From Pelagomonas calceolata (Eukaryota), in NCBI GenBank assembly GCA_918797485.1, contig CAKKNE010000005.1, forward strand, positions 4,898,001 to 4,962,000: a stretch of 64,000 nt of DNA, written 5' to 3'. Made by a program: the position numbers and the translations under genes. Shown here piece after piece: positions 19,465-32,014 of this stretch. Under the pieces are notes generated by a model that had not been told where the DNA came from, made no database searches, and saw only the letters and a list, made by a program, of their open reading frames with translations. The stretch's first letter is position 1. Every line of letters starts with the position of its first letter.

Positions 19465-22400
19465 TGCCACGTTCGTATCGTCGCACTCTATGTAATGATA
19501 GTCACCATGCTCCTTCGCCGAGGAGCATTCCGACGGATCCACCTCGCACCAGCGGTACCCCCAAACCGTCTCGCACTCTGAGCCTTCCGCCGGGCATCCC
19601 TCCTGAATAGTAGAACAGTCGGTGTTGCTCCACGTGTCAAGGCACGCGCACGGCTCCGGCCGCTTAGCCACCGTCGGAGACGTCGTCGGCGGCTGCGACG
19701 GCTTGGGCGTCGGCGCGGGCGTCGGCGCGGCCGTCGGCTCCGGCGTAGCTACGTTCGTCTCGTCGCACTCTATGTAATAGTAGTCACCATACGGAAGCGC
19801 CGTGGAGCACTCCGACGGATCCACCTCGCACCAGCGGTAGGGGCTGCCGTCGCAGGCGTCCGTCGGGCATCCCTCCTGAATGGTAGAACAGTCGGCGTTG
19901 CTCCACGTGTCAAGGCACACGCAATGCTCCGGCGGCGCCACGTTCGTATCGTCGCACTCTATGTAATAGTAGTCACCATACGGAAGCGCCGTGGAGCACT
20001 CCGACGGATCCACCTCGCACCAGCGGTAGGGGCTGCCGTCGCAGGCGTCCGTCGGGCATCCCTCCTGAATAGTAGTACAGTCGGCGTTGCTCCACGTTTG
20101 TCAAGGCACGCGCACGGCCGGCCGCGTAGCCACGTTCGTATCGTCGCACTCTATGTAATGATAGTCACCATGCTCCTTCGCCGAGGAGCATTCCGACGGA
20201 TCCACCTCGCACCAGCGGTACCCCCAAACCGTCTCGCACTCTGAGCCTTCCGCCGGGCATCCCTCCTGAATAGTAGAACAGTCGGTGTTGCTCCACGGTC
20301 AAGGCACGCGCACGGCTCCGGCCGCTTAGCCACCGTCGGCACGTCGTCGGCGGCTGCACGGCTTGGGCGTCGGCGCGGGCGTCTGGGCGCGGCCGTCGGC
20401 TCCGGCGTAGCTACGTTCGTCTCGTCGCACTCGCGTAATAGTAGTCACCATACGGAAGCGCCGTGGAGCACTCCGACGGATCCACCTCGCACCAGCGGTA
20501 GGGGGGCTGCCGTCGCAGGCGTCCGTCGGGCATCCCTCCTGAATAGTAGTACAGTCGGCGTTGCTCATTTTGTCAAGGCACGCGCACGGCCGGCCGCGTA
20601 GCCACGTTCGTATCGTCGCACTCTATGTAATGATAGTCACCATGCTCCTTCGCCGAGGCATTCCGACGGATCCACCTCGCACCAGCGGCGCCCCCAAACC
20701 GTCTCGCACTCTGAGCCTTCCGCCGGGCATCCCTCCTGAATAGTAGAACAGTCGGTGTTGCTCCACGTGTCAAGGCACGCGCACGGCCGGCCGCTTAGCC
20801 ACCGTCGGACACGCCGTCGGCGGCTGCGGCGGCGGCGTTGGGCGCCGGCGCGGGCGTCGGGCGCGGCCGTCGGCTCCGGCGTAGCTACGTTCGTCTCGTC
20901 GCACTCTATGTAATAGCAGTCACCATACGGAAGCGCCGTGGAGCACTCCGACGGATCCACCTCGCACCAGCGGTAGGGGCTGCCGTCGCAGGCGTCCGTC
21001 GGGCATCCCTCCTGAATGGTAGAACAGTCGGCGTTGCTCCACTGTCAAGGCACACGCAATGCTCGGCGGCGCCACGTTCGTATCGTCACTCTATGTAATA
21101 GTAGTCACCATACGGAAGCGCCGTGGAGCACCGACGGATCCACCTCGCACCAGCGGTAGGGGCTGCCGTCGCAGGCGTCGTCGGGCATCCCTCCTGAATA
21201 GTAGTACAGTCGGCGTTGCTCCACGTGTCAAGGCACGCGCACGGCTCCGGCCGTAGCCACGTTCGTATCGTCGCACTCTATGTAATGATAGTCACCATGC
21301 TCCTTCGCCGAGGAGCATTCCTGACGGATCCACCTCGCACCAGCGGGCCCCCAAACCGTCTCGCACTCTGAGCCTTCCGCCGGGCATCCCTCCTGAATAG
21401 TAGAACAGTCGGTGTTGCTCCACGTGTCAAGGCACGCGCACGGCTCCGGCCGCTTAGCCACCGTCGGAGACGTCGCCGGGCGGCTGCGGCGGCTTGGGCG
21501 CCGGGCGCGGGCGTCGGGCGCGGCCGTCGGCTCCGGCGTAGCTACGTTCGTCTCGTCGCACTCTATGTAATAGTAGTCACCATACGGAAGCGCCGTGGAG
21601 CACCCGACGGATCCACCTCGCACCAGCGGTAGGGGCTGCCGTCGCGGCGCCCGTCGGGCATCCCTCCTGAATGGTAGAACAGTCGGCGTTGCTCCACGTG
21701 TCAAGGCACACGCAATGCTCCGGCGGCGCCACGTTCGTATCGTCGCACTCGCGTAATAGTAGTCACCATACGGAAGCGCCGTGGAGCACCCGACGGATCC
21801 ACCTCGCACCAGCGGTAGGGGCTGCCGTCGCAGGCGCCCGTCGGGCATCCCTCCTGAATAGTAGTACAGTCGGCGTTGCTCCACGTGTCAAGGCACGCGC
21901 ACGGCCCGGCCGCGTAGCCACGTTCGTATCGTCGCACTCTATGTAATGATAGTCACCATGCTCCTTCGCCGAGGAGCATTCCGACGGATCCCTCGCACCA
22001 GCGGTACCCCCAAACCGTCTCGCACTCTGAGCCTTCCGCCGGGCATCCCTCCTGAATAGTAGAACAGTCGGTGTTGCTCCACGTGTCAAGGCACGCGCAC
22101 GGCTCCGGCCGCTTAGCCACCGTCGGGCACGCCGTCGGCGGCTGCGACGGCAGGCGTCGGGCGCGGGCGTCGGCGCGGCCGTCGGCTCCGGCGTAGCTAC
22201 GTTCGTCTCGTCGCACTCTATGTAATAGTAGTCACCATACGGAAGCGCCGTGGAGCACCCGACGGATCCACCTCGCACCAGCGGTAGGGGCTGCCGTCGC
22301 AGGCGCCCGTCGGGCATCCCTCCTGAATGGTAGAACAGTCGGCGTTGCTCCACTGTCAAGGCACACGCAATGCTCGGCGGCGCCACGTTCGTATCGTCGC

Positions 22401-25400
22401 ACTCGCGTGATAGTAGTCACCATACGGAAGCGCCGTGGAGCACCCGACGGATCCACCTCGCACCAGCGGTAGGGGCTGCCGTCGCAGGCGCCCGTCGGGC
22501 ATCCCTCCTGAATAGTAGTACAGTCGGCGTTGCTCCACGTGTCAAGGCACGCGCACGGCCCGGCCGCGTAGCCACGTTCGTATCGTCGCACTCTATGTAA
22601 TGATAGTCACCATGCTCCTTCGCCGAGGAGCATTCCGACGGATCCACCTCGCACCAGCGGTACCCCCAAACCGTCTCGCACTCTGAGCCTTCCGCCGGGC
22701 ATCCCTCCTGAATAGTAGAACAGTCGGTGTTGCTCCACGTGTCAAGGCACGCGCACGGCTCCGGCCGCTTAGCCACCGTCGGGCACGCTGTCGGCGGCTG
22801 CGACGGCTAGGCGTCGGCGCGGGCGCCGGCGCGGCCGTCGGCTCCGGCGTAGCCACGTTCGTCTCGTCGCACTCTATGTAATAGTAGTCACCATACGGAA
22901 GCGCCGTGGAGCACCGACGGATCCACCTCGCACCAGCGGTAGGGGCTGCCGTCGCAGGCGTCCGTCGGGCATCCCTCCTGAATGGTAGAACAGTCGGCGT
23001 TGCTCCACGTGTCAAGGCACACGCAATGCTCCGGCGGCGCCACGTTCGTATCGTCGCACTCTATGCGCCAGTAGTCACCATACGGAAGCGCCGTGGAGCA
23101 CCCGACGGATCCACCTCGCACCAGCGGTAGGGGCTGCCGTCGCAGGCGTCCGTCGGGCATCCCTCCTGAATAGTAGTACAGTCGGCGTTGCTCCACGTGT
23201 CAAGGCACGCGCACGGCCGGCCGCGTAGCCACGTTCGTATCGTCGCACTCTATGTAATGATAGTCACCATGCTCCTTCGCCGAGGCATTCCTGACGGATC
23301 CACCTCGCACCAGCGGTACCCCCAAACCGTCTCGCACTCTGAGCCTTCCGCCGGGCATCCCTCCTGAATAGTAGAACAGTCGGTGTTGCTCCACGTGTCA
23401 AGGCACGCGCACGGCTCCGGCCGCTTAGCCACCGTCGGAGACGTCGTCGGCGGCTGCGACGGCAGGCGTCGGGCGCGGGCGTCGGGCGCGGCCGTCGGCT
23501 CCGGCGTAGCTACGTTCGTCTCGTCGCACTCTATGTAATAGTAGTCACCATACGGAAGCGCCGTGGAGCACTCCGACGGATCCACCTCGCACCAGCGGTA
23601 GGGGCTGCCGTCGCAGGCGTCCGTCGGGCATCCCTCCTGAATGGTAGAACAGTCGGCGTTGCTCCACGTGTCAAGGCACACGCAATGCTCCGGCGGCGCC
23701 ACGTTCGTATCGTCGCACTCTATGTAATAGTAGTCACCATACGGAAGCGCCGTGGAGCACCCGACGGATCCACCTCGCACCAGCGGTAGGGGCTGCCGTC
23801 GCAGGCGTCGTCGGGCATCCCTCCTGAATAGTAGTACAGTCGGCGTTGCTCCACGTGTCAAGGCACGCGCACGCTCCGCCGCGTAGCCACGTTCGTATCG
23901 TCGCACTCTATGTAATGATAGTCACCATGCTCCTTCGCCGAGGAGCATTCCGACGGATCCACCTCGCACCAGCGGTACCCCCAAACCGTCTCGCACTCTG
24001 AGCCTTCCGCCGGGCATCCCTCCTGAATAGTAGAACAGTCGGTGTTGCTCCACTGTCAAGGCACGCGCACGGCTCCGCCGCTTAGCCACCGTCGGAGACG
24101 TCGTCGGCGGCTGCGACGGCGGCAGGCGTCGGCGCGGGCGTCGGCGCGGCCGTCGGCTCCGGCGTAGCTACGTTCGTCTCGTCGCACTCTATGTAATGAT
24201 AGTCACCATACGGAAGCGCCGAGGAGCACTCCGACGGATCCACCTCGCACCAGCGGTAGGGGCTGCCGTCGCAGGCGTCCGTCGGGCATCCCTCCTGAAT
24301 GGTAGAACAGTCGGCGTTGCTCCACGTGTCAAGGCACACGCAATGCTCCGGCGGCGCCACGTTCGTATCGTCGCACTCTATGTAATAGTAGTCACCATAC
24401 GGAAGCGCCGTGGAGCACTCCGACGGATCCACCTCGCACCAGCGGTAGGGGCTGCCGTCGCAGGCGTCCGTCGGGCATCCCTCCTGAATAGTAGTACAGT
24501 CGGCGTTGCTCCACGTGTCAAGGCACGCGCACGGCTCCGGCCGCGTAGCCACGTTCGTATCGTCGCACTCTATGTAATGATAGTCACCATGCTCCTTCGC
24601 CGAGGAGCATTCCGACGGATCCACCTCGCACCAGCGGTACCCCCAAACCGTCTCGCACTCTGAGCCTTCCGCCGGGCATCCCTCCTGAATAGTAGAACAG
24701 TCGGTGTTGCTCCACGTGTCAAGGCACGCGCACGGCTCCGGCCGCTTAGCCACCGTCGGAGACGTCGTCGGCGGCTGCGACGGCTTGGGCGTCGGCGCGG
24801 GCGTCGGCGCGGCCGTCGGCTCCGGCGTAGCTACGTTCGTCTCGTCGCACTCTATGTAATAGTAGTCACCATACGGAAGCGCCGTGGAGCACTCCGACGG
24901 ATCCACCTCGCACCAGCGGTAGGGGCTGCCGTCGCAGGCGTCCGTCGGGCATCCCTCCTGAATGGTAGAACAGTCGGCGTTGCTCCACGTGTCAAGGCAC
25001 ACGCAATGCTCCGGCGGCGCCACGTTCGTATCGTCGCACTCTATGTAATAGTAGTCACCATACGGAAGCGCCGTGGAGCACTCCGACGGATCCACCTCGC
25101 ACCAGCGGTAGGGGCTGCCGTCGCAGGCGTCCGTCGGGCATCCCTCCTGAATAGTAGTACAGTCGGCGTTGCTCCACGTGTCAAGGCACGCGCACGGCTC
25201 CGGCCGCGTAGCCACGTTCGTATCGTCGCACTCTATGTAATGATAGTCACCATGCTCCTTCGCCGAGGAGCATTCCGACGGATCCACCTCGCACCAGCGG
25301 TACCCCCAAACCGTCTCGCACTCTGAGCCTTCCGCCGGGCATCCCTCCTGAATAGTAGAACAGTCGGTGTTGCTCCACGAAGCCTTGCACACGCACGGCT

Positions 25401-26295
25401 CCGGCCGCGTAGCCACCGTCGGCTCGGCAGTCGGGAAAGGTGTTGGCAGCGGGCCGCAATCCCCGCCGTCGTTATCCTCGCATCTGAAGTCGCAACCGGA
25501 ATTGCCATCATCGCAGACACCGTCGCCGATCCAACTCGCTGGGCAGCAGACGCCGGAGCAGTCCGGGACTTGGCCGGAGTCGCAGGTCTGAAGACGCCGT
25601 TGTGATGCAGATCCGGCGTCGTGTCGCGCAGTGTAGGCCGGCCGCGTCGTCTGCGTCGCCAGCCTGCTCTTGACCATCTCGGCCGCGGCGTTGCGCGCCG
25701 TCGAACCAGAGAGCGCCTCGCCCTCGCCGGCGACGCCCTCGATGTCTTCAGTGTCGAAGGCCGCGGCCTCCGACGTAATAGTTTGGGGCGCGTCCTCGAC
25801 ATGCGAGAGCGTGCCCTTGATGGACGCGGCCGGGTCGCCATCCCCGTGCGCCGCCGCGTCGATGGCGTCTCCGCCCTTGTTGTGCGCGTCCGCGAGCTCG
25901 GCGAGCGCGGCGTCGGCGCCTTGAGTTTCGTGCTGCGAGACCGTGTCCTGGTCCCGCGGCGAGACCTCCGTCTCGAGCACGGGCCGCGCGTGGCCGCCCG
26001 TAGCGTAGGCCGTCTCGGCCTTTGACTTGATGTCTTTTGACGCGCCCTCGTGGGAGAGCGTGCCCTTGATGGACGCGAGGCCGAAGAGGCGGCGCAGCCC
26101 GAGGCCGAAGCCGCCCTCCTCCAAGTTCGTTGCCGAGATCTCATCGGAGGACGCGTCGGTGTTCGCGTAGTGGTTCTTGGCGTCTTCGGGGACGCTCAGG
26201 TCGCGGTCGCGCAGGTGGTCCTTGACGCGGCCGCGGAGGTGCGCTTCTGGGAGCGCGTTCGCAGAGACAACGAGGCAGAAGAGGACGACACGCAT
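19411..26295 (-). CDS. Giant secreted protein: signal peptide, pro-region with RRL motifs, LNR/Notch-like domain, about 27 tandem 8-Cys modules with PT-rich linkers (many indels in the central copies)
   Basis: MRVVLFCLVVSANA; CPASWIGDGVCDD...DGGDC; repeated CxCLDTWSN.DC.TIQEGCP...C....YRWCEVDPSECS....GDY.YIECD. Confidence 0.8.
19465..25420. repeat. Higher-order coding tandem array, unit about 663 bp (3 Cys modules + linker), about 9 units
   Basis: Anchor tagccaccgtcgg recurs at about 19663, 20325, 20794, 21453, 22112, 22768, 23424, 24081, 24745, 25409; one unit lacks a module. Confidence 0.95.
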
Positions 26296-29200
26296 TATTT
26301 TTTCTTTTTTGTTTTGTTTTTGGTATGCGTGCCTTCTTCCTGTGCCTGCGCGCGACGGCAACTTTCGATGGCCCGGCGCTGTCAACGGGTCACGAGCGCC
26401 GAGCGGCCGGGTACCTCAAAAAGGCTCTCGTTCGACCGATGCGACCTCTCGCGGCGACGGCGACCGAGAGTCTCGACGTCCGCGGCCGTCGCCTCGCAAG
26501 GCCGCTCGAGGAAAGGTAGAGGGCGCGTGCGCGTCTCAGAGCGGCGAAGGCCTCCTCAATAAAGATAATTGACGACGTCGATTTTGTACCCGGTGCTTCG
26601 ACGAGCAGCTGCAGCGACTCAAGAGTTGCTGCAGCGCCGCCCGTCTCGTGGTCGCTTGTGTGCTTCTTCTGTACCTGTGCGCGAAACCGTCGCGCCGATG
26701 CGGCGAAGGAGGCGCGAGGGTCGCTCCGCTCTCACGACAGTTCGACGCGCGACCGTTTCAGCTCTCGCGTCGACGGCCACGGGCGCACGGGCGCGGCTCG
26801 GCCGCTACAGCGTCGCGCGGCGCCGGCGACCGGCCGAGCTCGCTCTCACGGCGGTTTCGTAGACTCTCGCGCTGTCAGGCGTCGGAAAGGTGTGTCATGA
26901 AGACCTCGTGAAGCGCGCGCCTCGCGAGGCTGGGGCGACGCGCAATACGTGTCACTTTTTCCAAGTCGCCCAGCTCCGCGCTCGCGCGGGCGACGTCTTC
27001 AAGGTGAGCTCTCTCGAACGTTTTTATGCGAGTCCTGCGGTTTGTTCAAAGCTTGAATTTGAGGACGCCGGTCCCCACTGCTAGCTCACAAAGGTTGTCC
27101 TTGCCCTCTGTGCTAAACTTTGGCTCACGACTGTGCCGTACCCGAAATCGGCGCAAATGTCTTCCGGCGCCCAGGACAGGTAGGTAGAGGTCCCCGGCTT
27201 GCTGGGACCCAAGTTTGTCGCGGGCCGCGACTTCGCGCAGAAAGCCGCCGTCCCGGGGCATGGCTCGCAGATCCGACTATTTAAGTCACCTCGCGTTCAC
27301 GGCCTGCCGGTGATCATTTGCCAGAGCGGCTTCGCGAACATTTGGTGTGCTCATCGCGTTCGGCGGCCTCGTCGCGTAGATGCATATCAATAGAGGCGGA
27401 GGGCGTGGTGCGTGAGGCGCCGTCGCGACGATGGCATGGCCTTGGTCGTCTTCGAGCGCCCTTCTACCCCGCCAGTAGGCCTCGCCGTAACTGCGGTACC
27501 GCGCGATTATATAAAGAAAAGAGTTTTTTGTGATGTAGATCGGCGGCTCCTGAACTTTCTTTCGAGTGGTTCTGATGGCGCTTACTACTTCCCAGTTCAA
27601 GTCTTGCATGAATTATTTTTCATGATGTATCGAGAGCCGTTGGAAGACTTTCGGCGGTGGTATTTGTTTCTATATTGTCGATTGAAGCTGCGTGATGGAA
27701 GCTCGCGTCTCGGGCGGACAGAACGCGCCAGCGCTCGCCGTCATCGAGTAGGAGACGTCCTCCATCTCTCAAAAACGCAATAGAGGTGACTGCTCTTTGA
27801 ACCAGGCGCGGATCCAACCCTTGAAACCGCAACACCCGGATGAGCGATTTCGCTCGCCAGCGAGCGCGATTTCAGTGGCGGGGGTCAACGGCTGACGAGG
27901 TGTGACCCTCGAGAGCCCGCTTGGCCGCAGTCAGCTCGCGTCATTTTTTAGAGAGTGGTGGTGTCCTGCATCGTTTCTTGGCTTCACTTTGCGTACGGAG
28001 CAGCAATCAATCGCCGCAGCAGCGTAATGCATCGCTTGCCGTTTGGCGCTTGGCAAGGCGTCATGGTGCCCCATGTTATGTGGTGCGCTGGGCATCGGCC
28101 CCGGGCAACTGATGGGGCTGCCTCGCGGCCCTGTTCGATCGGTTGGGCTGCCTCGCGGCCCTATTCGATCAATGCCGCAGTTTGGACGGCCTTTGTGGCC
28201 GTGAACGGTGTTTGCATGCACTGCGGAACCTGTTTTTGAAGATTCAAGAAACGCGGCATGCTGTTTTTGAGTATCGTTCGGATCGCTAATGGTCCATAGA
28301 CATCAATGGGACTCTTCCTGGGGGGCGAAAAAATTTAATTTTTTAATTCGCGATATTGACGACGCCACCAGGGCGGGCGCGTCGATGGAATCCTGTCGAT
28401 TCGTGGTCCCGAGGTCTCCCCGGGGTCGCCTAGGATCTGTCCTGGGACGGCGCAATCGCGCGCCATGCATGGGCGCTTCGATCAGTGGGCGGATACAAAT
28501 AAAGACAGGTCCAGCAGTGCGCGGGACGCACGCCATGATCCCCCAAAGTTTTCGATCCAGGAAGCCTCTGGGAGCCCCAAGAATCGGCGCATGCGGTCTA
28601 GGGGACCACCCGACCCCAGACCTATCCCGGAGCGAGTCCGAGGGCCGATCTGCATCCACAAAAAGTAAATACTTTGGGCCCGATGGCGCCCCGTCACCGT
28701 CAAATACGCAATTACCCGAGGGCCACCAGTAGTCGCCGTAGCGGTCTCGTTGGACCCCATACTACCCCACCGATAGTCAATTACAAGTATATGACATCTA
28801 CATTATAAGAAGGGTACTTTTGGCTGCCCACGCTCGGGACGTGAACATCTTTATCTGGACCTCGCGTAAGTCCGTCGATCATGAAACAAATGATCGCGTC
28901 ATGGTCCATGGGGAAGGTACACGGGCTGATGGCCGCAGATCCAGGTGTGGTGCCCATCTAAGCCAGATGGTGGGCTCGCGAGACCGACAAGGCGCGAGTT
29001 GTAAACGGGACAGGTAATCCAATGTAGTAGACGATCAGGCCGGTTACCTGGCCCGTCCCACTACTAAAGCGCCTGAAACGCGAGTTTATTTCATAACTCA
29101 CGGGTCTGGGGCCAATTCAGTGCCCCGCGTACGCACCGTCGTCCGCGGAGAACGGGCAAGTCGGTCGATCGTGAATAGAACAACGGTGTTATGGTCCATC

Positions 29201-29576
29201 TGGATGGTGTCGTCGCTGATACTCGCGGGTCTAGGTATTAAGCCCATTTTTGCACAAACGCGTGGTCGCCAAGACGACGAATCGCGAGGCTCTAACGGAA
29301 TATCTAAAATAGCTCAGTGGTCGCCGAGGCGGGCTGGATGGAATCTACCACTAACAAACGGAAGGAAACGAACATAAACGCGAGAGTTGTCTAGTAGAAT
29401 TCTTCTCCCGCCCTCCGAGCGCGGGCCGTCGGCTCCGGTTCCGTCGATTTTGTGTGAAAACTGGGCTGGAGTTGATATGATGTACCATTTGGACGGTAGA
29501 AGGCACCGTCAATCGCTGGTGTATTTTGGCGAGCCGCAAGACCTAGTGATCTAGCGTATCAACATACTAGGATTCG

Positions 29577-29596
29577 TATATATATATATATATATC
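29577..29596. repeat. (TA)n microsatellite within an AT-rich tract
   Basis: tatatatatatatatatat followed by TA/TG/CA-rich sequence to about 29631. Confidence 0.9.
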
Positions 29597-29748
29597 TATG
29601 TGTATGTACATACATATAGTATACATGTATAGAGGCCTAGGCGGATGGATGGCTTTTGAAAACAGACCTCTCCGACTGACCCCCGACTCGTCGATGAGGT
29701 CTCTATCACGCCATCAACGCGTCTAGTGAAACTGCGGGAATTGGCATA

Positions 29749-30965
29749 TTACTCAGGTTCTTCGTCATAGATCGCTGGCCGCTGCGCCGGCGGCTCCTGC
29801 TCAGCCTCCACCTTTCTCTTCAGGAAATTCATCGTCGCCTCCTCCTTGTTCGACGTGATCTTGCCGCCGGGGTGGGCGAACGTCCGCTTCGGCGGCGGCG
29901 GTGGCGGCCGCGCCGCGTCGGCGGCGAACCGGCCCGCCCGCTTTGCGCGCCGCGCGAGCTCCTCCTCGGACAGCTCCAGGCCCGCGATGGCGGGGGGTTT
30001 CTCGGCGCGCTCGCGCTTCCGCCGCGCCTTCACGCGCAGCCCGTCGGCCGTCAGGTCCAGCTGGCTTGACTTGCGGACCGCCGCCGCGAGCACGCGCCGG
30101 TCGTCGTCCGCCGTCTTCGCCGCGTCGACCGTCGTCGGGGGCGCGCATATAGAAATAATTTTCGGCGATAACCCGACCGGCATCGGCACGAATACGCCGT
30201 GCAGTTTTGATTTCCACACAGAGCAGCGCCGCGATGCGCGGGAACGTGAAGAAGGCCTCCAGCGCGACCGCGCCGTCCTCGTCCGCCAGGCTCTTGAGAA
30301 ACGCGTCCTGGCCCCAATTCCTCGGCGAGAAGTAGTACTCTGCTGCTGCCGCACGCTGACCCCGCCGTCGGACGGAGGCGGCTTCGTCCGAGTCGGCTCG
30401 TTCTGCGCCGACAGCTTCGCGGCGCAGTCGACGCACGTCGGCCGGGGCTTCTTCCATTGCTTCTCGACGAACATGCTCTGCGACCGTGCCTGGCCGCAGT
30501 GCTTGCACGTCTTCTGCGTCCCTGGCTCATCCGCCGGCGCCGCGGCGGGCGTCGGCGCGGCCGCGGGACCACCCAATGCTGTCGGCAGGCCCATCGCCGC
30601 CATCAGGTCGCGCTCGCTCGGCGCGCCCGCGGCCTCGACTGGCTCGGGCCCGGCCGCGGCGGCCCGCCGGGCGCGAAGGGCCCGTGCGGCTTGGACCTGT
30701 GCAGAAACCGGCGGCGCGGGCTCCTCGTTCGAGGCCGGCTCGGGCGGCGGCGGCGGCGCGGCGGCCGCCGGCTCGGCTGCGGGCTCAGGCGCGGGCGACG
30801 GTGCCCCGAGGCCGAACTCCTCCTCGTCCAGCGCCGCCTGGAGGCGGTCGACGAGCACGGCCTTGAGGCCGTCGCGGCCAGGCCCCGCCTTCTCAGTTCG
30901 GCGCGCAGCTCGACGACCTTCAGTTTCTTTGGCTCCACCATTGCTTGTGTTGGGGCCGCGTCCAT
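29749..30965 (-). CDS. SAP + Cys4 zinc-binding + La-motif + THO1/MOS11-like nucleic-acid-binding protein (frameshifts, one introner)
   Basis: KLKVVELRAELRRRGL…GLKAVLVDRL (SAP); CKHC…CVDC; EYYFS..N...DAFL.....DG.V.L...TFPRI…S.L.L..DG..V (La); SEEELARRAKRAGRF. Confidence 0.75.
30146..30229 (-). mobile_element. Introner with intact 5' TIR and a damaged 3' end
   Basis: Minus strand: gcgctgct then ctgtgtggaaatcaaaa…cacggcgtattcgtg…; interrupts the La motif; no AG at the expected end. Confidence 0.7.
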
Positions 30966-31182
30966 GGGTGCTTGCGTTGCGTCTCTCGGGCCGCCCGCGG
31001 CAAGCTCTGCACACAGGCTGCACTGCTCCGATGCTTGTGCTACACGCCAGACGTCTTAACTAGTGCGGGTTCTTACCGGACCAAAGAGTGGTGCAGCTCC
31101 TGCGTCGAAAATCAGTCAAAGCGAATCTCGTGCGTGCCCGCCCGCCCGCCTGCGCAGCACAGCCCTCGGCTCCAGCCCATTT

Positions 31183-31205
31183 GCTAGTGTCTTACAGCCG
31201 CTAGC
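31183..31205. promoter_or_regulatory. CTAG-flanked intergenic motif, copy 4
   Basis: gctagtgtcttacagccgctagc, about 218 bp upstream of 30965 (-). Confidence 0.7.
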
Positions 31206-31490
31206 GCGTAATGTCGCACGTTTCGCGCGAGCGGCGACGCGGGGGCGGTGCTCTCTTCCAGACCCCGCCGACAAGCAAGACAAGACAGGTCGCCAGGCTC
31301 CGAGCCTAGGATGGCGCGCGCTAGCCTCCTCGCGGTCGCTTCCGCGGGCGCCTTCACGCTTCACGCACGACGAGTCGCCCGCCTGCTACGCGTCGCGGTA
31401 CCCGGACCTCCACGCAAGATTCTGCACGACCGACCGCTGCGATCGGCGACCGAAGAAACCGCGGCGAGAAGAATCCACAGAACAGCCATA

Positions 31491-32014
31491 TTACGCCACG
31501 CGATTCTTCACGTCGCCGAAGATGCGCCGGGCCCCGGGCCGCGGCGGAGGACGTTTGCCGCGCCGCCGCTCGCGCCGCTCGATCTCGGCTTGCAGCGCAC
31601 GCATGGACGCCTCGAGGGTCTCGACGTCGGGCTCGGGCATGCGAGCCATGTCGACCTCGCGGCGCGCGGGCACGTCCTCGACGCGGGGGCTCGCCGGCGA
31701 CCCGAGGTCCACGGCTTCAGCGTGCGGCGCGCGGCACGGCGAGCACGCCTCGGCGCCGGCGCCGGCCCAGACGCGCGGCGGCGCGCCAGCGTCGGCCGCG
31801 GCGCGTAGGCCCGCGCCGCGGCGTCGTCGCGCGGCAGCGGCGGCGGCAGGCGCGCCATGACCTGGTCGTAGGTCAGGACGTCGTCGCCCGCGCCCGCGAA
31901 CCACTCGCGCATCGACATGCGCTGGGCCTCCTCCTCCTCCGCGGCCCGGCCGTCGATCGCGAACTCGATCCGCTTCATCGGTTTCGGCTGCGGCTCCGCC
32001 AGCACCTCGAACAC
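31491..32014 (-). CDS. Hypothetical protein (frame uncertain)
   Basis: Two overlapping ORFs with coding-like composition (MFEVLAEPQPKPMKRIEF…; …DVETLEASMRALQAEIE…); probably one gene with an indel. Confidence 0.4.

Noticed and set aside
20100..24120. Many frameshifts in the central array copies, suggesting a pseudogene or programmed variation
   Set aside because: Indels are scattered and confined to the middle copies while both ends are clean, which is typical of unpolished long-read repeat sequence.
19465..25420. CRISPR-like appearance of regularly spaced repeats
   Set aside because: The intervening sequences repeat too and encode protein; there are no cas genes and the genome is eukaryotic.
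31311..31500. Possible short plus-strand gene starting MARASLLAVASAGAF with a CYASRYPDL motif
   Set aside because: The frames disagree and it runs into the neighbouring minus-strand ORF; a model cannot be supported.
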